Part shown: piece after piece, positions 41,896 through 56,800 of the stretch
Layout: every line of letters starts with the position of its first letter
Position numbering within the stretch: the first letter of the stretch is position 1
Assembly (NCBI GenBank): GCA_002269645.1
Contig: NIVC01001779.1
Coordinates: forward strand, 150,885 to 214,884
Direction: 5' to 3'
DNA from: Macrostomum lignano
Taxonomy: Eukaryota
Length of the DNA stretch: 64,000 nucleotides
The notes under the pieces: model-generated
What the model was told of the DNA's origin: nothing
Database searches by the model: none
What the model saw: the letters and a program-made list of their open reading frames with translations, nothing else
Made by a program: the position numbers and the translations under genes

Positions 41896-44800
41896 TCAGT
41901 TTGTAATGACTACAGCATCCGCGTCCGAATCAATGTCTTCAATAGATTGACTCTCTGTTCTTCTATCTTTCCTTTGTTGCAGCAGGAAACTCTCTTGCCG
42001 ATCGAACAACCTAGCTAGCTGCTCCTGCGTATCCAGCTGCCTGTCAGCGAGTCGCCGGATTTGCGTTGACAGATGCTGCTGCTGTTGCTGCTGCTGCTGG
42101 TGCTGATGAGCTTCTGTATGCAATTGGCTAAACGCGATATCGTGAGTGCACGATTGATGCAGCTGGTGCTGATGCTGATAAGAGTACTGCTGGTGCGTGA
42201 AACGGCGCATAGCGTAGCTCTGACAGCAGAGACATCTTAGCCAGATATCTCTCCAGCGAGCTTTCAATGACATGGCTTTATTTCTATCCATGCTCCTGCC
42301 GCTGCCGCTGCTGCCGTACCTTCCGCGGCGTTGGCAGTTGTTAATGAAGGAGCCATCTTTCGGAAGCAGTCGGATAAAGCAGAGTCTAGTTAGAAGCCAC
42401 AGTCCAGCCAGAATGTTCAGCGGTGGAGGCGGCAAAGTTGGCCTCGACGCGGAGCCAGACCTCGACGCTCGATATCGTCGAAGAAGCCAAGCATCATAGT
42501 TTGCTCCTTTCTGATTGGTTGACTCAACACCGCTTCGATGACTGTCCAACGTCAGAACCATCGACTGAAAATTAAATTAGGAAAAGCAGATGTTAGCAAA
42601 TTGTCTGCTGCTGTAATTTAAGCAATTCATTTTCTCCTACCAAAGAAAAAGATCCCAGTAGGATAACATCAAATAAGTCTGTGAATTTAAATAAATTAAT
42701 ATCGAGCAAAAGCTGCTCCCCTTTTACGAGTAAGCGTCGACCAGTAGACACAGACTCACAGTTAGAAGGACAATTGCTAGTCCGCAAGCTAGACCAAGCA
42801 GAACTGCTCCGCCAGCGGGTTCTAAACTCAGTAGATGGCCAGAAGGACGAAAGTTATTGCTCGAATTAGCATTATCATTGATCGCTAAATCATTAGACAT
42901 AGGAGTGTCTTTGAAGGTGCTGAACCACTGTAGCATTGGAGTGGCCAGCAGGGCAATGCAGACGGTTGCTGGCCATAGACATTGGCCCAGGGCCGAAGCT
43001 TCAACGCGCACGAGAGAGGGGCCTAGTAATGGAGTGGCCAAACACCAAGTCTGCGCTATCCATAGCCAAGTCACAGTCAGAGCTGTTGTAATCAGAACCG
43101 GAAAAAGGAGGCCATCGGGTTGGATCCACATAATCAGCAGTGCTGCATAGCCAAGCAAAAGACTTGAAAGCTGAGCCCAGCGTCCCTGATCGTTCAAGCG
43201 CATAGAGCAAATGCAGATGTAGCGAATCTTTCCAGTCAGGGATGGATGCAGCCGCTGCTTTCTTGAACCGCTCCTACTCCCAAAATTTTGGGCCAGCAGC
43301 CTAGTCAACTCTTCGCAAGCAACTCCGATCAGGAAAGTTATACTGTAACACCAGAATATTGGGTGACTGCTCAATCCGGCAACACCCATCAGAGTAAGAA
43401 ATAAGACATACATCAGTTGAAAACCGCACCGGAGCCAATATTGAGCTATTGGTCGAGTCAGGATATCAGTGAGTGACGAGATATTCTTCAAGGTCGAGGA
43501 CTTCACAGCTTTAATTTTGCTTGAACGCTTTCTACCCAGTGCGGCTACCGTTGATTCCTCAATAATAACCTCGCTACTCTCCATATCGCCACCGATCGCG
43601 GCAGTCTTGCTTGCTTTGTCTGCCTCAAACTCGTCGTTTTCAAAGCTTCCAGCTGTGCCACCGTCGTCCAAGTCGATCCCGCTGTCCCCGTTCCAGTCGG
43701 CTATCGCAGCTGATCTCATCGCTGGCAAGAGTCTCAATCGAAACCCCCCAGGTACTGAAACCATGTCCAACAGTGACAATCCGCCAATAGAGGGCCAAGG
43801 GCAGCGCAGGAAGGCGTTGCTACCAGACAGATCTGCAACGGCGCTGACCAACTCCAACGTCCAGCTTTCGCAAGCATCTGCGTCAGCCTCCGCGGAGTAA
43901 TCGCACTGGCTGCTGTCTCTAAGTTTGCCCCCGTGTCGGTGGTTTCGAATGAGACAGCAGGTGAGCACCGCTGCCGGAAGCGCGTCTAGATGCTCGCGAC
44001 GAAGTAATCGGTAAGCCAGGCCGCGGCGTCCACTCAGGGCAGCCCACAAAGTCAGGCTGGACAGGCGAGAGAGGGACAGTTCGTTAAAACCGCACGTCAG
44101 GGCTGCCAGATGACGGGCCTTCGCGTCATCAGAGAGGTCTGCTGTGACCGATCGAGTGCTGTACAGCGCATGCAGCTTTTCTTCCGTTTCTAATCTTGGA
44201 CGCAGCCGCTGCCAAAGAGGCGGACTTGAGGCCACTGCGTCAACGAGTCGATCTTGACCTCGCAATAGTCCGTGAATAGCGACCAGCTCGGCTAGGTTGT
44301 CCAGGGTATCTGGGCAGCGAGTCAGACTCCGGATCAGCGACGGCGATGCGGATTCGAGTTGACGCGCTAGCGCCATCGGATCGGGGCGGCGACCGAACAG
44401 CAAGCGACGAAGCGTCTCAGATGTTGTCGAGAAGGATGGTGAAATTGTAGCGGAAACTGTGGCTGGGGTCAACGCTGGCGGCGTTGGGTCCTCACCAAAC
44501 CTGATAAGCCTGAGGCTGGCGTGAAACTGACTAGCCCAGTCATTTTGACAGTCGTCTAATGGGTCAAGATTGTCATCGGCGTGCCTATCGTTCCGTCTGA
44601 TTAAATGTCGTTGATCGGCGTCGCTACAGAGGTGACGCGCCAGGCTAAGAATAAGAGGCCCCGCGCAAGCAAGACGCGGCAGCGCCGTCGCGGTAGCATC
44701 TAATGCGGTCGCTCCGCGCCGATCCCTGGCGCCCAGCTCGGCGCGCAACTCCAACAAAAGTGCAAAAAGTGGCGCATCAGCTCGAATTGCAGCGACGTGA

Positions 44801-45323
44801 AGCGGACGCTCGCCTGCGCAGCCCTCCGCGTTTACCAGCGACAGATCGTGGCGCGCCAAGCAGTTAACGGCAGCAAGGCTGCCAGCCAAACAGGCTCGGT
44901 GCATCGCCGTGTCTCCGTTGGCGTCTACAGCTGCGGAATCGGCGCCGTGCAGCAGCAGTAGACGCAGGCAGCCGGTGGAGGCAGCCGACGCGGCCAAATG
45001 CAACGGCGTATCGCCCGAGTGTTCACCGGGCCCGGGCGCGCGCCTAGAGCAAGCAGAGCGCTGGCTGCCTCGACTGCGTCTGACCTGGCGCAGTAGTGTA
45101 GGCCGGTATCGCCGAAACGGTCGCGAACCTCTGCATCGCCGCCGTGCTTGCCGACTAGGCGGACAATGTCAGCCCGGTTGTCGGCGCACGCCTGGTGCAA
45201 CAGCCGGGCTCCGGTGGCTTCGTCTACAGGCGCATTGATCGGCCGGTCGTTGGCGAACAGGGTCTCTTCCAGCTCGTTGATGACAGACAGTCGGGGCGTT
45301 CGAGGACCGGTCGAAGTTGACAT
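41896..45323 (-). CDS. Ankyrin-repeat TRP channel with a TRPM-type core, about 1,077 aa after correcting a 1-nt deletion near 45021
   Basis: Exon 1 is 45323-42760 (donor GTGAGT), exon 2 is 42564-41896 (acceptor ttttcAG, phase 0). Five ankyrin repeats (e.g. GDTGLH, GDTPLH, GDTAMH, GERPLH). TRPM-like motifs: LTLWAALSGRRGLAYRLL..ALPAAVLTCCLIR, LTRPIAQYWLRCGFQLMYVLFL (S1), LLGPSLVRV (S4-S5 linker), WLLRRYR (TRP-box-like), PTLPPPPLNIL, and a C-terminal coiled coil. Confidence 0.8.
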
Positions 45324-45544
45324 GATGGTGGCAGCTATGGGCTGCTGAGGACTTGCCAGAGAGCTCTTCCTTTGAGACGGTTTAGTGCGTCTGTCTTCAA
45401 ATCGTCACATGAGAAGTGGTACAAATGAACTCGACCGGCGAGTCCTTATTGGCTAGCAGCCTGAAAAACTGTTAGCAGAGGCGTTTTTCAGGATTATTAT
45501 TTTTAGGCTTGACACTTGAGCCAATCTTACGACTCAGGCTATTT

Positions 45545-45793
45545 ATTACACTTGCCCTAATGAGCCGATGTGCAACCGACAACTCCGCGCATCTGAAAGC
45601 TGCGTACGGCTGTTCAGTCCAAGGTCTGGGGGGTCACCACACACACCTTCAATTACCCCAGCTAATGCTGGTACCGATTATACAGCAGAGTGGACTGAGT
45701 TTTTTGCTCAAGGACACAAATTGTTCCGAGTGGGCCGAGAATCGAACCCCCAACCTTTCATTTGTGAGTTGGGCGCTCTAACGCCTAGGCTAC
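45545..45793 (-). mobile_element. tRNA-derived SINE, copy 1
   Basis: The minus strand begins gtagcctaggcgttagagcg (A box) and contains ggttcgattctcg (B box). The body is clearly similar to 60430-60725. Confidence 0.8.
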
Positions 45794-46748
45794 AACCCTT
45801 GCCTTGGGATTCATACAATAGAAATAAGGTTTGCCTAGGGGATATAAAACCCACCATGACTTTATTCATTCTCGTCCTCGTATATCTTCTGATACGGTAG
45901 TATCGCCAGAAACTATAAGTTAAGCACATTTGGCCGCGGTTAGCTTCAATGTACTTTTAAAGTGGCGATGCACATTTAAGAGCCGGATTGGATTAGTGAT
46001 TTCATCAAAGAAAATTAATCCTCAAAACTACAGGTTGGATGCACTGTCCAAAAATAACCAGGAAGAAGTATAAAAATCGTTCCCTACAGAGAGGTTTCGA
46101 TCGGTTAAAGGGGTTGCTGAGAAAAAGGCTGCAAAGATCGACGAGATAGGCAACTTGAAGCGCCTTACTACCAGAGCTCTCGTGCGCGCGATGGCGATCC
46201 GGGCCGCTGGAATTAATTGGATTTTCTGCCAACCATCGGCCACCGACTCTGCGCACTCCTCACTGCATCCTATACTCTTCATCACGTTCCCGCTCATATC
46301 TCTTCGCACTCTCACTTTCTTTTCTTCTTCCACTTTGCCTCCTGTCTCTCTCAGTTTTCTACTCGGATCTCCCTCCGATTTTATTATTCCCGGCCTCCTC
46401 TCCACTCTCTCAAACTTCTCGCGTGCTCTGGACATTTTTGTCTGAAAGTCGGGCTCCCCCTCACCCGTCCACCCAGGTCGCTATCTGGGTCTCCGCACTT
46501 CTGAAAAATGAGGACAGTCTGAAGCAGCAGCCTTGTTGCTCATGGGCTCGCCAGTGCTCTCTACCGAGTGAGAAACTTTTTTCCCATCTTATTCTCAGTC
46601 TCTATGCATCCAGTGTGTTATTTGGGCGCCGTTTTGCAGCTAAAACTAATCTAATAATTCTATTAGCTATGAGGAATCCGTTTAAGCTAATGAGAACTGT
46701 GGCCCAGGCCTGTACCTCATAAACTGCTTTGCTGACTTACTATGCATC

Positions 46749-47405
<657 letters not shown>

Positions 47406-48319
47406 GGCTGTTTATGGACTCATCCAGACGTTTAATTATGAGAATGCGTAAGCGCTTGCTGTTAGTAGTAACGATTGAGGTCGCCCAAAACTAGGCTTTA
47501 TTTTCTAAAGAAGAAAAGTCCAAAGCAAATAGCGTGCATTATATTTGAGCTTTACCTGTCTGTCAGAATCAGTTTTCTTTGTCACCTCTAAGGATCAAGC
47601 CGATTAACTTTTGAGTTGATGCAAATGTTTTGGTGCTTTCGTGTTGAAGAAATTTTGCATTGTACAATAAAATTGGCAAGTAAGCTAAATGCACACAAAG
47701 AGAGTAACTACGTCGTATGCTGTCAAAATCTTTTTTTAAGTCTATAACAAAATCTAAACTTATAAGAGCTACTTGTTTTTATAATTGATATTCATCATTC
47801 AAATTGGTTTGCCACATAAAACTACTATTCATGGCAATAACAGTAGCTGATATAACAAAAAAATTATCATACATGTAGCTACATTATGCAAACGAATTCC
47901 ATGCAATTGCAGCTTTGCCTGAATAAATTCTTTTATTCTATTCCGGCAATATTTGGAGCAATGGGTGGCGGGAAATGTCTTTGAACCAGCTGATGCCCAG
48001 CCGGGTTGCCAGCCAGCTTGAAGATAAGCTGGTTGCATAATTTAGCAGTGAGCCTGCCACGCAGATAAAATGATATGAGGCCATTTCAAAACGAGCCTTA
48101 CGGATAACCAGTAGCTGCAGAATACAGCTGGCTCTGTTCCTGAACAAAATTAATAATATCTGGTCACTAAGTGTCTCTTCAATTATTTGGATTGATGCGT
48201 TGAGTATATGCAAAATTATTAAGTGTTACACAAACAGCCAACTCAAGAAGGGCTCTTCACACGAAAATATCTGTGCACTGCAGGCCCGTTTTTGGCTGCA
48301 AAGTGCATTGGCTGTTTGG

Positions 48320-49680
<1,361 letters not shown>

Positions 49681-50452
49681 GAAAAGGGAATAGTAATACG
49701 TTTGAAAATAAAATCCATCAATAAACAAATTGCTCGAAGTCTATTTCATGATTTACACAAGTATGTGTGTAATGAAAAATTAGAAGTTATATACAGCTGA
49801 ACTCATAATGGCCATCGAGAAAATTGAGAAAGTTGATATTCTAAGAGAACAGTACATGTACACCACATTGTACATTACGGCTACATCATCCCAGCACTTA
49901 GAACTCCTGTCCAATTGGCAGAGCAATGTTAATCACAAATCGATGTTTTTTTCCAGATTTTAAGCTTCTCCTATTGTATCGGCCGAGAGTCAAGTGACTT
50001 CCTGTCTGTCTAAAGTCGACTGCAAAAAAGCTGAGTCAGTCTGGGTGAATTCAGAAGGGAAACCGTATGAGATGCATGCATATTGTCGCGGTGGCATTCT
50101 CTCAGCGACAATAAGAGCTAGCTAACCCTACAAAAATCGCTGGCTCCATTGTTTTTCAAAAGCAGCGAACACTGTAAATGCATTTAGCTAGTAAAATTCT
50201 ACTCACTCTTGCCGAAATGAGAGGCCGAAAAAAGCAGTGCATGCCTAAATAATGCGAGGTAGCGATTGCATTGAGTGCCAGCCTCTCTAACCCCCACCAT
50301 TCGTCAGCCTAAAAATTGTTCCCATCTGCCTCAAAGCTGTTGCCGTCCCCGCATGCAATATCCTATCACGAGCTGGCAGACAGACCAGCGGCTACATGGA
50401 TAGATCTTTATAGATAGATTAGATAGACAGGCTCAATCGATCGCGGGCGGCA

Positions 50453-51049
50453 ATGTCAAACCGTCATCACCAACAAATTCGAATTTACCAGCAGCAGGCC
50501 CAGCATCAGCAATTCGTGTGGGATCTGCTGCCCAGTTCTGCGGCAACCGCTGCCGCCAACAACTTGGTCGCTCCGAGCGCCGAGGTCAACCGGGCGAGGT
50601 CGGCCACGTCGCATCAGCCGCGAACGCAGGCGCTGTCGCCTCCGCCACGGCTGATGTCAGGCGAGGAGGCGGCTCGCTTGGCGGAACTCTACAAGAGGAA
50701 AGTGGCGAAAAATTCGAACAATTCCAAATCGGCTGAGAGACGCTACGAACTCGTGGCCACTTTTGCTTTGAAAAACGGTCGAATAACATCTTATTATTCG
50801 CATAGAAACCGACCGGACGCGGTGCCGTTCCAAATCACCGAGAGGCGCAGACGAATCCTCAGGGAGTATTACAGTCGAGGCGAGCAATGGATCGCTCTGT
50901 ACGTCAACGAGATGGAATTTGAGCACTACATGCCCCTGCTCTGGTGCCGGGCCTCCACTATGGCTGATACAACGGCGGCAAATCAGCCAGCCTGCAATAA
51001 CAGACGACGCGTCTCGAATAGTCTTAAGAACATTTTTGGACTTCGATGA
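50453..51049 (+). CDS. Hypothetical 198-aa protein (single exon, no recognised family)
   Basis: ATG in ggcggcaATG context; GC-rich island between AT-rich flanks. Gln/Ala-rich N-terminus like the other genes here, followed by an ordered-looking segment RRYELVATF...WIALYVNEMEFEHYMPLLWC. Confidence 0.6.
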   Translation: MSNRHHQQIRIYQQQAQHQQFVWDLLPSSAATAAANNLVAPSAEVNRARSATSHQPRTQALSPPPRLMSGEEAARLAELYKRKVAKNSNNSKSAERRYELVATFALKNGRITSYYSHRNRPDAVPFQITERRRRILREYYSRGEQWIALYVNEMEFEHYMPLLWCRASTMADTTAANQPACNNRRRVSNSLKNIFGLR

Positions 51050-51128
51050 ATTCGCCAATTCTTTTTGAGAAAATTTACGTTCAGATGTATAATTTTAATA
51101 ATTAACTTTATAATCGTAGCTAAATATT

Positions 51129-51950
<822 letters not shown>

Positions 51951-53380
51951 TTTCATTTAATTTCGGCGTCCGAATGAACAGAATGATAGAATTCGATTCC
52001 TCAGTCATGCGTTCAAAACTGTAGATTCGTTAATTAAAAATCATAATTTTGTTACAAATATTCAATTGAAGGCCTCTCAGCCAATGACAAACATTTATGA
52101 GACATTATTTGCCGCATCCTACTTCTAGTAGTCGTTAAATTGAACTGTCAGAACTCCTTCTAGAATCTAGAGCCCCATGAAGGTTCAGGAAAAGCTTATT
52201 TCATGCGTAGCAGAAAATATTGCATATGCCATTGACGATGGATCCAAGGGACCATTAACTGTCTAGAAATCTAATTTTTCTTTACCGGTTTGTCGTTTCT
52301 AAGAAAATCTAATTCGAAGAGTAACAATAGCTTTTTTTTCCTGTTTCTTAAGCACAATATAACGATGGTTTTTTATTTAAAATTAGGGTCCGGTTTAATT
52401 ACAGACGATAAGGGAATTAATCCGACGATGTACACACTTCTGTTATAATAGATCTACGCGTATTGCAACAAAATTTTAACATTCAAAGATACGTCAGTCG
52501 AAGGAAAATTAAAAAAATCATCAAACGGATCTTCTACGAATTGATGAAAATCATCTTTGCGGTATCTCAATGCTGCTCTGCATGACTAGAAACTTACTGC
52601 TTGTAATTTTTTTACGCCGGGTTTGCAGCAATTTCAAAAGCATGCTTCGCCCATTCGATTCCTGTATAACAAAACTTGTCAATTAGGGGTTGCTGTCTCA
52701 TTTATAGGGCCTACCGATAATTGGTTGAGATGGTTGGTGCATACTACTGTTAAGATGTACTACTACTGTAAATAGAGACTCACAACTAGGTGCATCTATA
52801 CAGAAAACTATGTTGTGGACACTACGAGATTACATACGCATTCACAAGCAAATGACACTTAGCAAGAGGCAGGCTACCAATGTGTACTGTTTAAAATGAT
52901 CGATCTCACAACAGAGGACAGAGAATAGCTTTGACTATGCAGCTTTGGAGATTTAGAATATGGACACACCAAGTTGAGGGTCTATAGAACAAAGACAACA
53001 GGCAATTTTCGACTGAGAAGCTCGACAAAGAGACCTATAGCATTAGCCTAGCAAGCTTCGCATTAAACATTCAAACTTGCTTTGAAAAAAAAACGGAGGG
53101 TAAGCATTATTCAAGAGAGCGTATTTGTGCGGAAAACCTCGATTCACTCTGGCCGTAGAGCTTGGAATTAGCAAGTACAAGCTAGCAACCGAAGTCAGTG
53201 TTCCCTTATGACAAAGAGCTTTTTGTGTAAGACTTTTAATGAACTCCTTGTGCGGGAGTTCAAAGTCTAAGACAGTTCCAAGACAGACCCGAGTGTTGGA
53301 CGCGTTACCGTGCTGTCTATCTTTTCAATAAATTTAAAAGCGCTGAGTTCTGTCTTAAAGAAAATCTCCAACAACGTGAG

Positions 53381-53719
53381 TCATATATCCGCGGTGGCGC
53401 AGATGCTGTCTGAGTCGTCTCTGTGAGCGTTCAGCTGCACCATCGACAGGCAGTCTCCGCTGGTTCCGTCCGCATCTTGGTTATCGTCTTTGTTCCGAGG
53501 AATTTTTGAATATTTCGCAGCTAGGAGTGGCATATTCTGCTCAGATTTTCTGTTGTTATTAATCGGATGCGAGCCCAGGTTGGGGGCCGCGGCAGCAGCG
53601 CCTGCGGCGGCTGCGAAGTGGCTGGCGGGGGCCGGCGACTGGACGCAGCTGCGCTGGAGGACACTGCCTGTCACCGGCTGGACAAAGCGCTGAGGGGCCG
53701 GAGATGGAGGTGCATTCAA
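53381..53719 (-). CDS. Coding-like ORF, possibly the distal C-terminal tail of the GPCR
   Basis: GC-rich, Ala/Ser-rich 112-codon frame starting 100 nt after the GPCR stop. There is no ATG and no clear splice join. Confidence 0.3.
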   Translation of the reverse strand: MNAPPSPAPQRFVQPVTGSVLQRSCVQSPAPASHFAAAAGAAAAAPNLGSHPINNNRKSEQNMPLLAAKYSKIPRNKDDNQDADGTSGDCLSMVQLNAHRDDSDSICATADI

Positions 53720-53818
53720 CGGCTTTTATACATTTCGCCGTCATCCCGAGTTCCCTTCCAGTTGCTTCTTCCAAAATCAATGATTTTGATCAATGATTTT
53801 GATCTCCAAAATCGTCTC

Positions 53819-56800
53819 TCATCCCAGAATATTGTCTCTTTTAAGGAATTTGGACTCCCTACAGGTCGTGTACAAAGAAGCTAAGAAACCAACAATCCCC
53901 CTTCTGGATTCCGAGTCTCCTAAAGAGAGTAATCTCAAACTCGAACTCACGCATCTCAGTGTGTTGAGAAAATTAGTCCGATAGCTTTTGCTGAAGGCGC
54001 AATAAATCCAGGGATTAACGCAGCAGTTGCTGATCCCAATCCACTGTACCAGCGATGGCAGCGCGGGACCAAAGGATTCCATGTAGACTCGCACTGTCCG
54101 GGAGAAGAACAGCACGGAGATGAGGTGCAGCGGCAGCCAGGAGATGGCGAAGATGAGCACAACAGTGACCAGCATCTTCACTAGACGGCTCATCTGCCTG
54201 CGATCGTTGGCTGTTGACGATCTGGAATGCGATTAAGATGTGAACATACATGAATTCGAATTTTCTTTTAATTATCTATCATATAATTAAATTTAGAGTA
54301 AGTTGTCCCAGTTACTACTGATGAGTAATACAGCTAGAATGCGTGTTTTTATCGAAAATAAAATATAGTGATTTCAGATAAACAGATTGTGTACAGATTG
54401 TACGCTCGTACAGCGCTGAGAATAATTATATGACCAACCTGAATAACAACTGTTGGTTCTGCAGAGCGGCGACCCTATCACAACATGGGAGACTGGAACT
54501 CAACATCAAAAACACCATACATCGTACACTCTTGCATTCCTGGAACACACAACATAAGTCATGAAAAAGCTCAGTGCAGTCCTGACACATCCTTTCAGTC
54601 CTGACACAACCATCCTTGCAGTCCTGACACATCCTTTCAGTCCTGACACAACCATCCTTGCAGTCCTGACACATCCTTTCAGTCCTGACACAACCATCCT
54701 TGCAGTCCTGACACAACCATCCTTGCAGTCCTGACACAACCATCCTTGCAGTCCTGACACATCCTTTCAGTCCTGACACAACCATCCTTGCAGTCCTGAC
54801 ACAACCATCCTTGCAGTCCTGACACAACCATCCTTTCAGTCCTGACACAACCATCCTTGCAGTCCTGACACAACCATCCTTTCAGTTCTGACACAACCAT
54901 CCTTTCAGTCCTGACACAACCATCCTTGCAGTCCTGACACAACCATCCTTTCAGTCCTGACACAACCATCCTTGCAGTCCTGACACAATCATCCTTGAAG
55001 TCCTGACACACATCCTTGAAGTCCTGACACAACCATCCTTGCAGTCCTGACACACATCCTTGCAGTCCTGACACACATCCTTGCAGTCCTGACACACATC
55101 CTTGCAGTCCTGACACACTCCTTGCAGTCCTGACACACATTCTTGAAGTCCTGACACAACCATCCTTGCAGTTCTGACACAACCATCCTTGCAGTTCTGA
55201 CACACATCCTTGCAGTCCTGACACATCCTTGCAGTCCTGACACACATCCTTGCAGTCCTGACACACATCCTTGCAGTCCTGACACACATCCTTGCAGTCC
55301 TGACACACTCCTTGCAGTCCTGACACACATTCTTGAAGTCCTGACACAACCATCCTTGCAGTTCTGACACAACCATCCTTGCAGTTCTGACACACATCCT
55401 TGCAGTCCTGACACATCCTTGCAGTCCTGACACACATCCTTGCAGTCCTGACACACATCCTTGCAGTCCTGACACACATCCTTGCAGTCCTGACACACTC
55501 CTTGCAGTCCTGACACACATTCTTGAAGTCCTGACACAACCATCCTTGCAGTCCTGACACACATCCTTGAAGTCCTGACACAACCATCCTTGCAGTCCTG
55601 ACACACATCCTTGCAGTCCTGACACACATCCTTGCAGTCCTGACACAACCATCCTTTCAGTCCTGACACAACCATCCTTGCAGTCCTGACACAACCATCC
55701 TTTCAGTCCTGACACAACCATCCTTGCAGTCCTGACACAACCATCCGTGTAGTCCAGACACAATCATCCTTGAAGTCCTGACACACATCCTTGAAGTCCT
55801 GACACAACCATCCTTGCAGTCCTGACACACATCCTTGCAGTCCTGACACACATCCTTGCAGTCCTGACACACTCCTTGCAGTCCTGACACACATTCTTGA
55901 AGTCCTGACACAACCATCCTTGCAGTTCTGACACAACCATCCTTGCAGTTCTGACACACATCCTTGCAGTCCTGACACATCCTTGCAGTCCTGACACACA
56001 TCCTTGCAGTCCTGACACACATCCTTGCAGTCCTGACACACATCCTTGCAGTCCTGACACACTCCTTGCAGTCCTGACACACATTCTTGAAGTCCTGACA
56101 CAACCATCCTTGCAGTTCTGACACAACCATCCTTGCAGTTCTGACACACATCCTTGCAGTCCTGACACATCCTTGCAGTCCTGACACACATCCTTGCAGT
56201 CCTGACACACATCCTTGCAGTCCTGACACACATCCTTGCAGTCCTGACACACTCCTTGCAGTCCTGACACACATTCTTGAAGTCCTGACACAACCATCCT
56301 TGCAGTCCTGACACACATCCTTGAAGTCCTGACACAACCATCCTTGCAGTCCTGACACACATCCTTGCAGTCCTGACACACATCCTTGCAGTCCTGACAC
56401 ACATTCTTGAAGTCCTGACACAACCATCCTTGCAGTTCTGACACAACCATCCTTGCAGTTCTGACACACATCCTTGCAGTCCTGACACATCCTTGCAGTC
56501 CTGACACACATCCTTGCAGTCCTGACACACATCCTTGCAGTCCTGACACAACCATCCTTGCAGTTCTGACACACATCCTTGCAGTCCTGACACACATCCT
56601 TGCAGTCCTGACACACATCCTTGCAGTCCTGACACAACCATCCTTGCAGTCCTGACAGGGGTTACTCTGTCCCAAATCACACGATGAAAAAGCTTCAATA
56701 TTCTTTCGTTGCGATTTATTAAATACGAAAACTCTGTAGAAATGAATTTCCAGCAGGGATCGGCAGTTCTCAATTTAGAATTAGGCCAAAGATAGAAGGA

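Noticed and set aside
43001-43210. 69-aa alternative-frame ORF suggesting a second frameshift in the channel
   Set aside because: The main frame already gives sensible S3-S5 helices and the LGP linker.
41896-45323. Calling the TRP gene a pseudogene
   Set aside because: A single CC>C deletion in about 3.2 kb of otherwise open, properly spliced sequence, in an assembly with similar indels elsewhere.
46028-46435. 135-aa ATG ORF upstream of the TRP gene
   Set aside because: Derived from a purine/pyrimidine-skewed tract; no motif or splice link.
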